Shown: positions 28,676 through 38,578, numbered from the stretch's first letter. The stretch: DNA of 64,000 nt from Myxococcota bacterium (GCA_036338695.1 JAYZBQ010000048.1:1-64000); one strand, 5' to 3'. Notes: generated from the letters alone by a model not told the origin. Made by a program: numbers and translations.

Positions 28676-30922
28676 TTACGGGTCATCAATCCGCACCAGA
28701 TACCACTTTACGTTGGAGCGATCGGCGATGTGCACACGCTCTTTGTAGCGGTTGCCGAGCGTCTTCTTCATGCCATCAAAGCGCGACTGCTCAACGAGGA
28801 CCCAGGCCGTCCCAGGGCGGTCCACGATCTGCCGCAACCGCTTCGAGTCGCTGATCTGCCACTCAAGGTTGCGAGCATAGAAGGTCTCGCCGTGCCAATT
28901 CATCTGATAAGCGACCAAGGGGTCCGCCGGTGCTCGGCGCTTGAAATAGGTCCCAACGAGCGATGAGTGGGTCCAGTGCTGACCTAGAACCGGGAAGTAG
29001 AGATGGGCGACGAAGAGGGCGGTGACGAGCCCCGAAGCGACCCACACCCGGCTCTGCAATTCACCGCCACCTGATCGATAGGCGCCATAGAGCGAGGCGA
29101 CCACAGCCAAGACCGTCGACGTCACAACCGTGATTCCGACCAACAGAGGCCAATTGAAGTCGATCGTGACGGGGATGATCCCGAGAATCCAGCAATAGGT
29201 CGTGCTCAGATCACACTGACCACCAGCGACGCTCGGGAAGTAATCCTGTGGCTTGTAGTTGATGTAGTGGTAGGTCGTTAGGTCCATCCACTCCCATGGA
29301 AAGCGGACGAGATCATTGGCGACCGCTACGCCAAGTAAGATGGTCAGCGCAGCGATCGGCGGCGCCCACACAAAGCGATCCCGGCTGAGCTCACCGAGCC
29401 AAATACCGATGAGCCCAACCAAGGGCGCCACAACCGGCAAGCCGTAGTGGTGGAACTTGGTCGACATCAACGTAAACAGAAGGAAGCTGACGACCAACCA
29501 AACCACCAAGAACATCTCGGCGGCCTCCTTGCCGCGGCGCGCTCGCTGGCTGCCCATGAGTCGACCGATCGCTGCAGGCAGCGCAAGGATCCACGGGAAC
29601 ATACCATAAGCGATGTACCGGATATGGTAGGTGAACCCTAAGCCTCGCTTGCTCGAGTCGCCATGGATACCACCGCCCATTCGCCGCAGGTGATCGTGCA
29701 CCACAAACCGCGAATAGAAGGTCTTATGTTCTTCGTCGCGTCCCGGGTAAGCGAACATGATCAAGAACCACGGCGCGCCGATCAGCAAGGACAGCGCCGG
29801 GCCGGTCACCAAGCGGACCCGCTTGAGGACAGCCCAATCCCATGCGCTCACGATGTAGCCGAGCGCCACCGCACCGGGGAGCATAAAGCCGCCGAACCCT
29901 TTGGCTAAGGTGGCTAACCCCACCAGCGCATAAAAACCGTACAAAGGGAGCTCGCTGCGAGGGCGGTTTTTGAGCTGCGTCAACAAGACCCCCGCAAGCA
30001 CTACCATCCCCACAACCACGGTCAGCCGGCTAGGCAGCTGCAGCCCGCGCAGCGGGAGGAGCGGGTCCTTCTCAGGGCAGGTCAGATACCAGAATATCTG
30101 AACCCCTAAGAGCGCACCGAGACCGAGCAAGAACCAGAACGGGAGCCGGTCCTCGCCGTCGCCGCGCCGCGTCAACCAGCGCCCACTGCCGCTCTCGAGC
30201 TGCCGGTAGGCGAGTCTGCGAAAAACCTCAGCGGCAGCGAGCGTCGTGATCAACAACAGCAAAAGACGCCAGCCGCTGTGCACAGACGGCATCAGCGTCC
30301 CGGTGAGCAGCTCGACCAGCACGCCAACAAGCGCAGCGAGCACCCAAACGGCGGGCGCATCAACAGACGCCTCCTGCGCCTCAGCGTCCGCCTCGTCACC
30401 AAACAGGTAGCCCATCAGCGCGAACAAGGCGGCGCTGACCATCGCAAAAAAGGGCATGTCGGTGACCGCCTGCCGCCCGGCAAGCAAGACGAAGGGAGAG
30501 GTCGCCGCCACGATCACCGCCGAGAGCGCCACCCGATGACCAAAGATCCGGTCCATCGACCAAAACATGGTAAAAAGGGCGAACAGTAACAGCAGCACCA
30601 TCGGTAAGCGTACGGCGAAGGGGGTCCACGGTGAGATCATCCCATCCGCTTTCCAGCCACCCGTCAGGCTGAGCCCAGGGCTCGTCAGCCACATCGTCAA
30701 GATGGGCTTGGAGAAGAAGCCGGTGTTTCGATACTTTGGGTAGACGTAGTTGCCATTCGCGGTCATCTCGCGAGCGACCTCAGCGTACTGCGCCTCCCAG
30801 GGCGAGGTCAGCCCTGACGAACCCAAGAAAGGGATGAAAATGAGCGCAGCGAAGACGAGCCCGAACCGCAGCGCCCCCTTTCGATGGCGAGGGTCAAAGA
30901 AGTCTGTCAGTCGCTGAATCAT
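28676..30922 (-). CDS. ArnT/PMT-family (GT-C) membrane glycosyltransferase
   Basis: WEAQYAEVAREM, FFSKPIL, AVRLP, DMP, LAKG and TKFHHY motifs; multi-TM. Confidence 0.85.
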   Translation of the reverse strand: MIQRLTDFFDPRHRKGALRFGLVFAALIFIPFLGSSGLTSPWEAQYAEVAREMTANGNYVYPKYRNTGFFSKPILTMWLTSPGLSLTGGWKADGMISPWTPFAVRLPMVLLLLFALFTMFWSMDRIFGHRVALSAVIVAATSPFVLLAGRQAVTDMPFFAMVSAALFALMGYLFGDEADAEAQEASVDAPAVWVLAALVGVLVELLTGTLMPSVHSGWRLLLLLITTLAAAEVFRRLAYRQLESGSGRWLTRRGDGEDRLPFWFLLGLGALLGVQIFWYLTCPEKDPLLPLRGLQLPSRLTVVVGMVVLAGVLLTQLKNRPRSELPLYGFYALVGLATLAKGFGGFMLPGAVALGYIVSAWDWAVLKRVRLVTGPALSLLIGAPWFLIMFAYPGRDEEHKTFYSRFVVHDHLRRMGGGIHGDSSKRGLGFTYHIRYIAYGMFPWILALPAAIGRLMGSQRARRGKEAAEMFLVVWLVVSFLLFTLMSTKFHHYGLPVVAPLVGLIGIWLGELSRDRFVWAPPIAALTILLGVAVANDLVRFPWEWMDLTTYHYINYKPQDYFPSVAGGQCDLSTTYCWILGIIPVTIDFNWPLLVGITVVTSTVLAVVASLYGAYRSGGGELQSRVWVASGLVTALFVAHLYFPVLGQHWTHSSLVGTYFKRRAPADPLVAYQMNWHGETFYARNLEWQISDSKRLRQIVDRPGTAWVLVEQSRFDGMKKTLGNRYKERVHIADRSNVKWYLVRIDDP

Positions 30923-31668
30923 GATGAGGCGCTCGACCCGCTTGGTTTGTTGGCGCCGCTTTTGGCGACCAAATTCCCTGCGCGCAAGAGGCTCTCAAAG
31001 GTCCCTGCGTCCGTCCACCACCCCTCAAGCCGATGAGCCTGCAACCCACCGCGCTTCAAGTAGGCGTTGTTCACATCCGTTATCTCAAGCTCCCCGCGCG
31101 CGCTCGGCTCGAGTGTCTTGATGATCTCAAAGACGTCAGCGTCATAGCAGTAGGCGCCAGTGACCGCCCAGTTACTGTCCGGTTGCGCTGGCTTTTCAGC
31201 GATCCGGACCACCTGATCACCCTCTAAAGTGGCGACGCCAAACCGCTCCGGGTCATGAACCTCTTTGAGGAACACCATCGCGCCCTGTGGTCGCTGCGTA
31301 AACGCACGAAGCCCAGGGGTGAGCTCATACTCAAACAAATTGTCACCTAGGATCACACACACCGGCTCGCCATCCGCCCAATGAGCGCACAGACCAAGGG
31401 CCTCGGCGATCCCCCCGTGACCTTTTTGATAGGTGTAATTGAGGTGCCGTAGACCGAGGCGCTCGCCGTTGCCCATGAGCTTGAGGAAGTCCCCTGCGTG
31501 CTCTCCCCCGGTGACGATCATGATCTCATCAATGCCGGCTCGAATGAGCGTCTCAAGCGGGTAATCCACCATGGGGCGGTCGTAGACTGGCAGCAGATGT
31601 TTGTTGGTGACATGCGTCAGAGGCGCCAAACGCGTGCCCATTCCGCCAGCCAATACGATACCCTTCAT
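30919..31668 (-). CDS. Glucose-1-phosphate thymidylyltransferase-like nucleotidyltransferase (short form)
   Basis: Start MKGIVLAGGMGTRL; NKHLLPVY, LGDN, EKP, SARGELEITD and WTDAGT motifs. Confidence 0.92.
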   Translation of the reverse strand: MKGIVLAGGMGTRLAPLTHVTNKHLLPVYDRPMVDYPLETLIRAGIDEIMIVTGGEHAGDFLKLMGNGERLGLRHLNYTYQKGHGGIAEALGLCAHWADGEPVCVILGDNLFEYELTPGLRAFTQRPQGAMVFLKEVHDPERFGVATLEGDQVVRIAEKPAQPDSNWAVTGAYCYDADVFEIIKTLEPSARGELEITDVNNAYLKRGGLQAHRLEGWWTDAGTFESLLRAGNLVAKSGANKPSGSSASS

Positions 31669-31687
31669 GACGACCGCCTCATGATCT

Positions 31688-32281
31688 CTAAAAGTAACTC
31701 TCCGGGACGTAGATGACGTCGCCAGGAACCAACGGTACGTTGGGTACCTTGCCCAGCCCGATCTGCCGCACAGGCACCTCGAGGCGCTCACCATTGGGGT
31801 GAATAATCATCACTCGGTCTTGGAGCGCGGTCCGCTTGAACCCATCGGCCAGCGTAATCGCCTGAACAACGGTCATGCCGGCTTCGTAAGGGAACGTCCC
31901 AGGCTTGGTCACCTCACCGTAGACGGACACTTTGGCCGAGACCAACTTCTTGATCAGCACCGAGACCCGCGGGTTACTCAGCCCCGACTTTTCAAGCTTT
32001 GACTCGAGCTCAGCTTCGATTTGGCGCCGCGTCTTTCCCGCCACCTGAACCTCGCCCGTAACCGGCAGAGAGATGGTCCCATCCTGGCTGACGATCTGGC
32101 TCAGTGACAGCTCCTTTTCGCGGTACACTTGGACCTGTACGGAGTCCCCCGGACCAATGAAATGCCGCCGGTTTTCAATCACCTCGCGGATGCTGTCGAT
32201 GTCCACGGTTTTCGGAGCCGGCGCGATCGTCCCGCGACACCCACTCAGCGCAAGGACTGACCAAAACCACAAGAGGCGCAT
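31688..32281 (-). CDS. Short OPX (Wza-like) polysaccharide export lipoprotein
   Basis: Lipobox LSG-C; IGPGD...DGTISLP..G...VAG poly_export motif; SLBB-like domain; ends PGDVIYVPESYF with no C-terminal membrane-spanning helix; 197 aa. Confidence 0.9.
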   Translation of the reverse strand: MRLLWFWSVLALSGCRGTIAPAPKTVDIDSIREVIENRRHFIGPGDSVQVQVYREKELSLSQIVSQDGTISLPVTGEVQVAGKTRRQIEAELESKLEKSGLSNPRVSVLIKKLVSAKVSVYGEVTKPGTFPYEAGMTVVQAITLADGFKRTALQDRVMIIHPNGERLEVPVRQIGLGKVPNVPLVPGDVIYVPESYF

Positions 32282-33564
32282 TAGTACTTAGCTTCAAACA
32301 CCAACATGGTCAGGTTGCGACCAAAACTCGGATCGATCAGCGAGTCCCCTGCGGCGCCAGCCGACTTGAACTGGCTGTTGGTCGTGAAGTACTCGAACCG
32401 GTTCGTCAAACCTGCAACCCACCAGCGCTGCGGCTGCCAAAGCACGTTGATGTCAAACCCTGCGGTGACATCAGCTCGCGCTGTGCCTCCGGCAATTTGA
32501 ATAATATCTTGTGAGGTCGTCTGGGCGCCAAAGGTGCGCAGCGACCCCTTGAGCTGGGTCACGACACGCAGTCCGCCGATGAACGTCTCAGCGTAGCGAG
32601 CATACGCGCTGTTATCCGCCATGAACCCAAACACGGAGACCGGCAACAACCGGCGCCTAAACCCAAGCCGCCAGGTGGTCTTTCGGCGTTCATCATATCG
32701 CAGCTCAGCCTGACCCGACACGGTGTGCGACACCTCGCCACGATCCGAAGTTAGAAACTGACTACCGGAGTAGCCCACCGCCAGAATCGCCGACAAGCGC
32801 GGCGAGACCTGACCCATCACACCAATTTCGGAGCTAATCGGGTCGGCATAACCGTTGGCGTCGGGATCGTTGCTGTAGATCGAGGTCGTCCAGTGGTTGT
32901 TGAACACAAACTGAGTACGCGGCAAGAATCGCCAATCGAAATCAAGCCGAACGCTCGGGACCGACTTGTTCAGCTCCAGCGCACCATCGCCACCCGAGCT
33001 GTCGTAATTATCAAACGCTACCCCCAAGGCGGGCTTCATACCGAGCGCTCCGCCGCCAGGACGCCACTCGATGAATGCATCGCTCCCGGTCGACCACCGC
33101 CCTTGACGCACACCTAGGTTGAGGGGCTCCGGTTCGTCCAACCGGTTTGCCTTCCCCGCGAGGCCCCAACGCAGCTTCCCCTTGCGGTTCCCAAGCAACT
33201 GCAACGCCGAGCCACCCTTAACGGTCGACAGGTTGGCGGTGGTCACGCCCAACGGACGACTGGGATCGTCCATCAAGCCCAGGTAGTGATGGTAACTGAT
33301 GACATTGTTCATGCGTACGTCGAGCCGATCGGAGGGCACGACAAGCTCAAAGCCACCTTGCATGAGCAAGAAGCCGTCGCCATCTGCGGTGTCACCTGTG
33401 GACCGGTGCGGGTTCGAGTCAAACGCAAAACCCGCCTGCATGAGCGGGTGGGCGCGCGCCTCGGAGGTCAACTTAATACCCCCATCAGCCAACGCCGGGG
33501 CGCTCGCCAACCCGAAGCCTACGACCGCTAATATCAAGCGGTTACGGTTCATCGCTATGAACAA
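32281..33564 (-). CDS. Outer-membrane beta-barrel, probable partner of the short OPX (EpsX-like)
   Basis: Signal peptide (APALA); alternating hydrophobic beta pattern; C-terminal aromatic residue (VFEAKY); stop overlaps the OPX start. Confidence 0.7.
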   Translation of the reverse strand: MFIAMNRNRLILAVVGFGLASAPALADGGIKLTSEARAHPLMQAGFAFDSNPHRSTGDTADGDGFLLMQGGFELVVPSDRLDVRMNNVISYHHYLGLMDDPSRPLGVTTANLSTVKGGSALQLLGNRKGKLRWGLAGKANRLDEPEPLNLGVRQGRWSTGSDAFIEWRPGGGALGMKPALGVAFDNYDSSGGDGALELNKSVPSVRLDFDWRFLPRTQFVFNNHWTTSIYSNDPDANGYADPISSEIGVMGQVSPRLSAILAVGYSGSQFLTSDRGEVSHTVSGQAELRYDERRKTTWRLGFRRRLLPVSVFGFMADNSAYARYAETFIGGLRVVTQLKGSLRTFGAQTTSQDIIQIAGGTARADVTAGFDINVLWQPQRWWVAGLTNRFEYFTTNSQFKSAGAAGDSLIDPSFGRNLTMLVFEAKY

Positions 33565-33615
33565 ATCAGAGGCTCCAAGCTCAAGGCAGGAAACAAACTA
33601 CCGGCCACAGGTGTT

Positions 33616-33644
33616 ATTATCGGCCAAAGCGCGATCATCGGCAA
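33616..33644 (-). promoter_or_regulatory. Candidate sigma70 promoter for the beta-barrel/OPX operon
   Basis: Minus strand TTGCCG-17 nt-GATAAT in the intergenic gap. Confidence 0.45.
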
Positions 33645-33692
33645 GTGAAATGCTCGCCGGCGCCTCGCCCTTTTGGAGGCATGGCCACGCCA

Positions 33693-34139
33693 TCAGTCGG
33701 CCACTTTTCGTGCCGTCTCGTTCATGGCACGCAAACGCCCGGCTAGATTCTTGGCGATGTTCACGACGAGCCAGGTAAACCCGCCTCGATGCGCTCGAGC
33801 AAACGAATAGATGTTCGCGTGGCTGATCGCGAGCAGGACTGTATCCTCTTTTGCGACCACCTTAGCCGCCCTCGGCTGTTTATCGATCAACGCCATCTCA
33901 CCGACGAAGTCGGGCGCCTCTAGGGTCGCCACCTCGCCGTCACCCACAACAACTGAGAGCCGACCGCTCACGACGACGTACATGGCATCGCCCACATCAC
34001 CGGCCTCGAACAAAACATCACCCGAGCCGAGCTGTCGATGAACCGCCAGGTCGGCCAGATACTGTTTCTCGAGCGACATCAAATCATTGAAGAGCGGCGA
34101 GGCTTGCAGCGCTTCTACGCGATCGTAGGTCTCTGTCAT
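33693..34139 (-). CDS. Stand-alone cyclic-nucleotide-binding domain protein
   Basis: LFEAGDVGDAMYVVVSG and FVGEMALIDKQPRAAKV phosphate-binding cassette; 148 aa; no HTH. Confidence 0.9.
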   Translation of the reverse strand: MTETYDRVEALQASPLFNDLMSLEKQYLADLAVHRQLGSGDVLFEAGDVGDAMYVVVSGRLSVVVGDGEVATLEAPDFVGEMALIDKQPRAAKVVAKEDTVLLAISHANIYSFARAHRGGFTWLVVNIAKNLAGRLRAMNETARKVAD

Positions 34140-35062
34140 GCAACCTCCTCAAAAAATCGCGAAAGACGCTCATCTTCTTCATCCGGCGCGCCGGCGACGC
34201 GAATCGGCTCGAGGTATTTAACGCCTCTCTCCGTCTCGCATTGGTAGATCTGTCCACTCGTTACTTCAATGTTGTAATCGGTCTGGTTGGTGACAAGCGC
34301 CAACACCAACGCCATCTTGGAGTCGTCACCGACCGGCCAATAAAGGAAGTTCTCGTGGCAAACGCATGAAAACCAATCGCGCGCAGCCGCTCTTAGATCC
34401 GCTAACTGAACCTGAACAGCCGCGAGCTCTTCACGCTCATCGGCGAGCTCTTCAGAGGCCGCAGCCTCACGCTTTTGCAACTCCTCGACCCGCGCCATCA
34501 AGTGACTGTAACGCTGCGCCAAGCGTTTGGAACGCACCTCAATCTCGGGCACCATGAGCGTTTGTTCAGCCACCTGCATCCAGAGTAATTCTTCCTCATG
34601 CCAGAGCGCCTCTTTACGCTCGTTCCTCGCTGCGTATTGGGCGCGCAGTTTCTTGAGCTCGCCTTGATACCGCGCTCGAGCGCGCACGCGACTCGCCTCG
34701 TCCGGGTGATCATCACAGCGATGCTCGATGGCTGTTATCCGGACCCAAAGCTCGGTCACCTCATCGCGCACGCGCTCAAAGTCGGCGAGACGATCGAAGG
34801 CTTGGTTCTCAAGCTGGGCGATTTGAATGCGCAGATTATGGCACGTGTTCTCGAGGTCTGCCGAGCGAAGGAGTGCCTCTTCGGCTTGTTCCTGCCAGTA
34901 ACTAGAGCGGAACGATGCCTCGGCACACGCCTCCGCAGCGCGCTCGATGCCCGCCTCGAGAAGCTCGAGACGGTGATTCAAACCGCTCAACTCGGCGAAC
35001 CAGCTCTTAAACTGCTCCGTCTGCAGAAGGGCTTCGATACCAGCCCGATCCAACCGCTGCAC
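34136..35062 (-). CDS. Hypothetical coiled-coil protein
   Basis: 308 aa, long E/R/L/A-rich helical stretches and a small C-terminal beta region; 2 nt from the upstream stop and overlapping the downstream gene. Confidence 0.7.
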   Translation of the reverse strand: MQRLDRAGIEALLQTEQFKSWFAELSGLNHRLELLEAGIERAAEACAEASFRSSYWQEQAEEALLRSADLENTCHNLRIQIAQLENQAFDRLADFERVRDEVTELWVRITAIEHRCDDHPDEASRVRARARYQGELKKLRAQYAARNERKEALWHEEELLWMQVAEQTLMVPEIEVRSKRLAQRYSHLMARVEELQKREAAASEELADEREELAAVQVQLADLRAAARDWFSCVCHENFLYWPVGDDSKMALVLALVTNQTDYNIEVTSGQIYQCETERGVKYLEPIRVAGAPDEEDERLSRFFEEVA

Positions 35063-35064
35063 AA

Positions 35065-36426
35065 CTACCCACTCGAGGCAAAGACGAAGGGATACGAGAA
35101 GGTTGCTTCTCCGCCCTCGGGCTTCGGAAACCGAATCGATCGCATTTTGCCTTTGATGCAGTTCGCCACGGCATTGTTCAGGGCGTTGTCGGCGACGAAG
35201 ATATCCGCGACACGTCCGTTCTCGCCGACGGTCACCTCGAGGACCAGCTTACCCTTGAGCGACGGGTTCCGTTTCAACTCACGCTCATAGCAAGCCTGGA
35301 ACGCACGCTTTCGAGCACGGATTTTCCGAGCGACGGACTTACCGTCCAGGTTGCCGTCGTCGATCTTCGGCTTGCTCATCTTCATGCGTACCCGAATCTT
35401 CGGACCTTTACGCTTGGCGATCTTACCACCGCCGCCGCCAACGGCCACGCCGCCGACCTCGCCGATACCGACCGGACCACCACCACCTGAGCCACCACGA
35501 ACGGCGGGACCACCGGGGCCGCCGTCAGCAGCAGCGATCCCTGCACCACCGGACGCTGCGAGCGCTGCGCTCACGTCCGTGCGCGGGTCTCCGTCCGCCT
35601 GAAAGACAACGCCGGCGCCGCCGCCACTGGTCGCAATAGCGAGCGCCTTGAACACAGCGTTCTGCTTGACCGCTTCGCGAGCCTGCTCACGACGAGCTGC
35701 CTTCTGAGCCGATGTCTGAGGCTTCTTCTTCGGCTTGGCTTCCGCCTTCTTCTCAGCCGGTTTTTCCGCCTTCTTTTCCGATGGCTTCTTCTCGCCATCC
35801 TTTTTCGGCTTTTCCTTCTTCTTCTCTTTCGGTGGTTCCACCTTCGGCGGCTTCTTGATGATCATCTTCGCAAAGCGATCCGGAAGCTCGGTCAGCTTAC
35901 GCTTCGGAGGAGGTGGTGCGTTCATCGCACCGATGACACCACCCGTGTGGAGCAACGCTGAGACCACAAGACAAATCCAAAAGATTCGATCCAGGCGCTG
36001 CAGCGGCGGCATGTACGTCGAATCCGACAGCTTCGCAGGGACTGCATCTGCCGGCGCATCAACGAACTGGAAGATGACACGCACACCGCCGCCACCTAAC
36101 TCAACAGCGCCCTTAGAGGCTTCGCTGAGCACCATCTGGTATTCATTACCGCGCTTACGTACACCGGTCTGCTGGCGAGCCGTCTCAAAGTCCAGTTGCC
36201 CGCCACCGACGTTCACCTTACCGGTCATTTTTTCGGTAAAGTTCAGACAGTACTTACCCCCCACAACCTCGAAAAGGTTGTAGGTATCCGGCAATCCCTC
36301 ACCCGAAACACGCAGCGTGTTCGATGAAGCCGTGCCGACCGTGACCGACGTCCGGCTACTGATCAGCTTCTGCTCAAGGATCTTTTTACCTTGAGTGACG
36401 GCTACCTTGAGAACCTTCGTGCTCAT
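35065..36426 (-). CDS. GltG-like TonB/TolA-type transducer (AgmX/PglI C-terminal domain)
   Basis: Start MSTKVLKV at 36426; cytoplasmic beta-rich domain; TM with S-x3-H (VVSALLH); Pro/Lys-rich and Gly-rich linkers; C-terminal ACYERELKRNPSLKGK...CI...FP...YPF. Confidence 0.85.
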   Translation of the reverse strand: MSTKVLKVAVTQGKKILEQKLISSRTSVTVGTASSNTLRVSGEGLPDTYNLFEVVGGKYCLNFTEKMTGKVNVGGGQLDFETARQQTGVRKRGNEYQMVLSEASKGAVELGGGGVRVIFQFVDAPADAVPAKLSDSTYMPPLQRLDRIFWICLVVSALLHTGGVIGAMNAPPPPKRKLTELPDRFAKMIIKKPPKVEPPKEKKKEKPKKDGEKKPSEKKAEKPAEKKAEAKPKKKPQTSAQKAARREQAREAVKQNAVFKALAIATSGGGAGVVFQADGDPRTDVSAALAASGGAGIAAADGGPGGPAVRGGSGGGGPVGIGEVGGVAVGGGGGKIAKRKGPKIRVRMKMSKPKIDDGNLDGKSVARKIRARKRAFQACYERELKRNPSLKGKLVLEVTVGENGRVADIFVADNALNNAVANCIKGKMRSIRFPKPEGGEATFSYPFVFASSG

Positions 36427-36457
36427 AGATGGCGTCGCCTTTCTCTCTGGTGGGCGA

Positions 36458-37060
36458 TCAGCCCGCAGCCTTGATGACAGCGAATCGGAAGTTACCGTAT
36501 TCGGCATCGCCAGCAGTCATGAGGATATCGCGCAGGACCTTGTAGGGCAGGTCCTTGTCGCAGATAAGGATCAGCTCGCCTTTAAAGCTCACGTCCGTGT
36601 TCACCTGAGCGAGCTTACGCTGCTTCTCAGCCTGATCCCGAAGTGCCTGCGAGAGCGGCGCAATGATGTGACCAGCGACCTGGTCCGACGGGACCTCGCC
36701 CTTATCGTCGAACTTCATCGTCTCGACACCATCGACGGTGATACCCTTCTTGTCGATGATCACCGGCAGGGCGTCCTTCGGGCTCAACTGAGCTGCCGAC
36801 GCAGCCAACTTCAAGCTCGCACTCTGGGTAACCGACACCGGATTGGTCGAGTAGCTCTTCAGGAGGAACACTAGGATGATGAACAAGGCGTCGAGAAGCG
36901 ACGTAATGTTCGGCATGGGGACTTCTTCGTCCTCCATACCTCCGCCTTTTTTCTTTTTCTTCACAGGCGGCTGATCATCACCCCAGCCAGGATAGGCGCC
37001 GTCGACAGACTCGACAGCGCTCTGCTCTTCAACCGACTCGACGTTCTGCTCTTCGGTCAT
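36458..37060 (-). CDS. ExbD/TolR family, AglS-like
   Basis: NITSLLDALFIILVFLLKSY TM with conserved Asp; C-terminal DKDLPY...TAG motif. Confidence 0.88.
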   Translation of the reverse strand: MTEEQNVESVEEQSAVESVDGAYPGWGDDQPPVKKKKKGGGMEDEEVPMPNITSLLDALFIILVFLLKSYSTNPVSVTQSASLKLAASAAQLSPKDALPVIIDKKGITVDGVETMKFDDKGEVPSDQVAGHIIAPLSQALRDQAEKQRKLAQVNTDVSFKGELILICDKDLPYKVLRDILMTAGDAEYGNFRFAVIKAAG

Positions 37061-37079
37061 GAATCACCTTCCCTTCGGG

Positions 37080-37850
37080 CTACTGAAAGCCCGGCGAGAG
37101 GACCACGTCAGGGAACAACTCTTTGGTCTCCCCGCTCTCGGTCTTCATATCACGAGCGATGTCCATCACACCGACGACGACCTCAAACGGGATCCCTTCG
37201 TCAGCCATGATCATCACTTTACGCTCCTGCTCAGCGCCCGCCTTCAACTTAGCGAGGTGCTTACGCAAGCCAACGTAGTCGTAGTTTTGGTAGTTGCAGT
37301 CAGTCGCTTCGCCTTTACAAACATCCACATCCGGCTTGCCGTCTTGATCACAGTCCTTACGGCTGCCGCCGTTGGTGTCCATGTTCTTCGCGAGGCGCTC
37401 GGGGTACGGAAGATCGTGAGCAGCGCTGCCGTCGGTTCGACACGCCGCCAGAAGCGGCAACGTGCAAGCCGGGGGCGCCGGTGTAGCGGTCTTATCGACA
37501 CATTCGTGCGAGAAACGGGTCGTCGCTACCGTCGGCTTACCACCAGCGCCTGGGCCGTTCGCTGCGCCACCTTCGGCGCGCACGCCGCCCGGCCCGAGGC
37601 AACCACCGTAAGCGCAAATCTTAAAACCACCGTCACTCACCACAACCGTGAGGTTCAGCTTCGGCTTATCATCCTTCGGGGTATCGTCCGAGCTCGGACC
37701 CGACGCCACCTTCGGCGCACTGACGTTAATGATCGCCACCTCGAAGAAGGCTGATGCCATCAACAAGAAGGGAATCAGCAGCATCACGAGGTTCATCACC
37801 GGAACCAGGTTTGGCTCAGGGACTTCTTCCTTGATCTTTTTGCGTGCCAC
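37080..37850 (-). CDS. ExbD/TolR family, AglQ-position, with a Cys-rich insertion
   Basis: GTG start after GGAG; PNLVPVMNLVMLLIPFLL TM; C-terminal ADEGIPFEVVVGVMD...LFPDV. Confidence 0.85.
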   Translation of the reverse strand: MARKKIKEEVPEPNLVPVMNLVMLLIPFLLMASAFFEVAIINVSAPKVASGPSSDDTPKDDKPKLNLTVVVSDGGFKICAYGGCLGPGGVRAEGGAANGPGAGGKPTVATTRFSHECVDKTATPAPPACTLPLLAACRTDGSAAHDLPYPERLAKNMDTNGGSRKDCDQDGKPDVDVCKGEATDCNYQNYDYVGLRKHLAKLKAGAEQERKVMIMADEGIPFEVVVGVMDIARDMKTESGETKELFPDVVLSPGFQ

Positions 37851-37927
37851 GCTGTCACTCCAACTAATTCAAACAACCAAGGCGGACGCGCGCTGCCACA
37901 CAGCGCACGCCAGCCTGCGCGACCGGA

Positions 37928-38578
37928 TTACCGGTTCAGCGGGTTGGTACCACCCTGACCACGAAGGACCAGCATGTTGACGAGCTTGATGCTGTACTGA
38001 TCGATCTCGTCCATGATCTTCTTGACCAAGGTGTTGAGGATCAAGCTCAAGAACATCGTCGGAATTGCGACCATCAGACCGAAAGCGGTCGTGTTCATCG
38101 CAATAGCGATCGCGCCGGCGAGCATTTCCTGCTTTTGGTCCGGAGCTGCCTTCGCCACTGCGGCGAACGCCTCGATCATCCCGATAATCGTACCCAAGAG
38201 ACCCAGCATGGTCGCCAACGACGCCAGGGTCGGGAGCCACGCCATACGCTTGCTGATGAGCGGGGTCATTTCGAGGACCATCTCTTCCACAGCGTTGGTG
38301 ATCTCTTGCTCACCCTTGTTGGCACGCGTGAGCCCGGACTTCACAATCCGCGGCAGCGCTGCGTGCTGCTCAGCGTTGCAGAGCTTGATCGCTCGGTCCA
38401 CGCTGTTCTCCATGATCAGCTTTTGAATCTGACCCATGAAGCTGTGAGCATTAAGGTTGTAACGGAACCAGAGGAAATAAATCCGCTCCGCAACCACCGC
38501 GACCACCACCACCGACACGAATGCGATGGGGTGCATCCAGGTACCACCGTTTTTGTAAAACTCGGCAACTACCGACAT
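37928..38578 (-). CDS. MotA/TolQ/ExbB proton channel, AglR-like
   Basis: GG..M.PI, ATMLGLLGTIIGMIEAF and AMNTTAFGLMVAIP motifs; AGGAGG RBS. Confidence 0.92.
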   Translation of the reverse strand: MSVVAEFYKNGGTWMHPIAFVSVVVVAVVAERIYFLWFRYNLNAHSFMGQIQKLIMENSVDRAIKLCNAEQHAALPRIVKSGLTRANKGEQEITNAVEEMVLEMTPLISKRMAWLPTLASLATMLGLLGTIIGMIEAFAAVAKAAPDQKQEMLAGAIAIAMNTTAFGLMVAIPTMFLSLILNTLVKKIMDEIDQYSIKLVNMLVLRGQGGTNPLNR

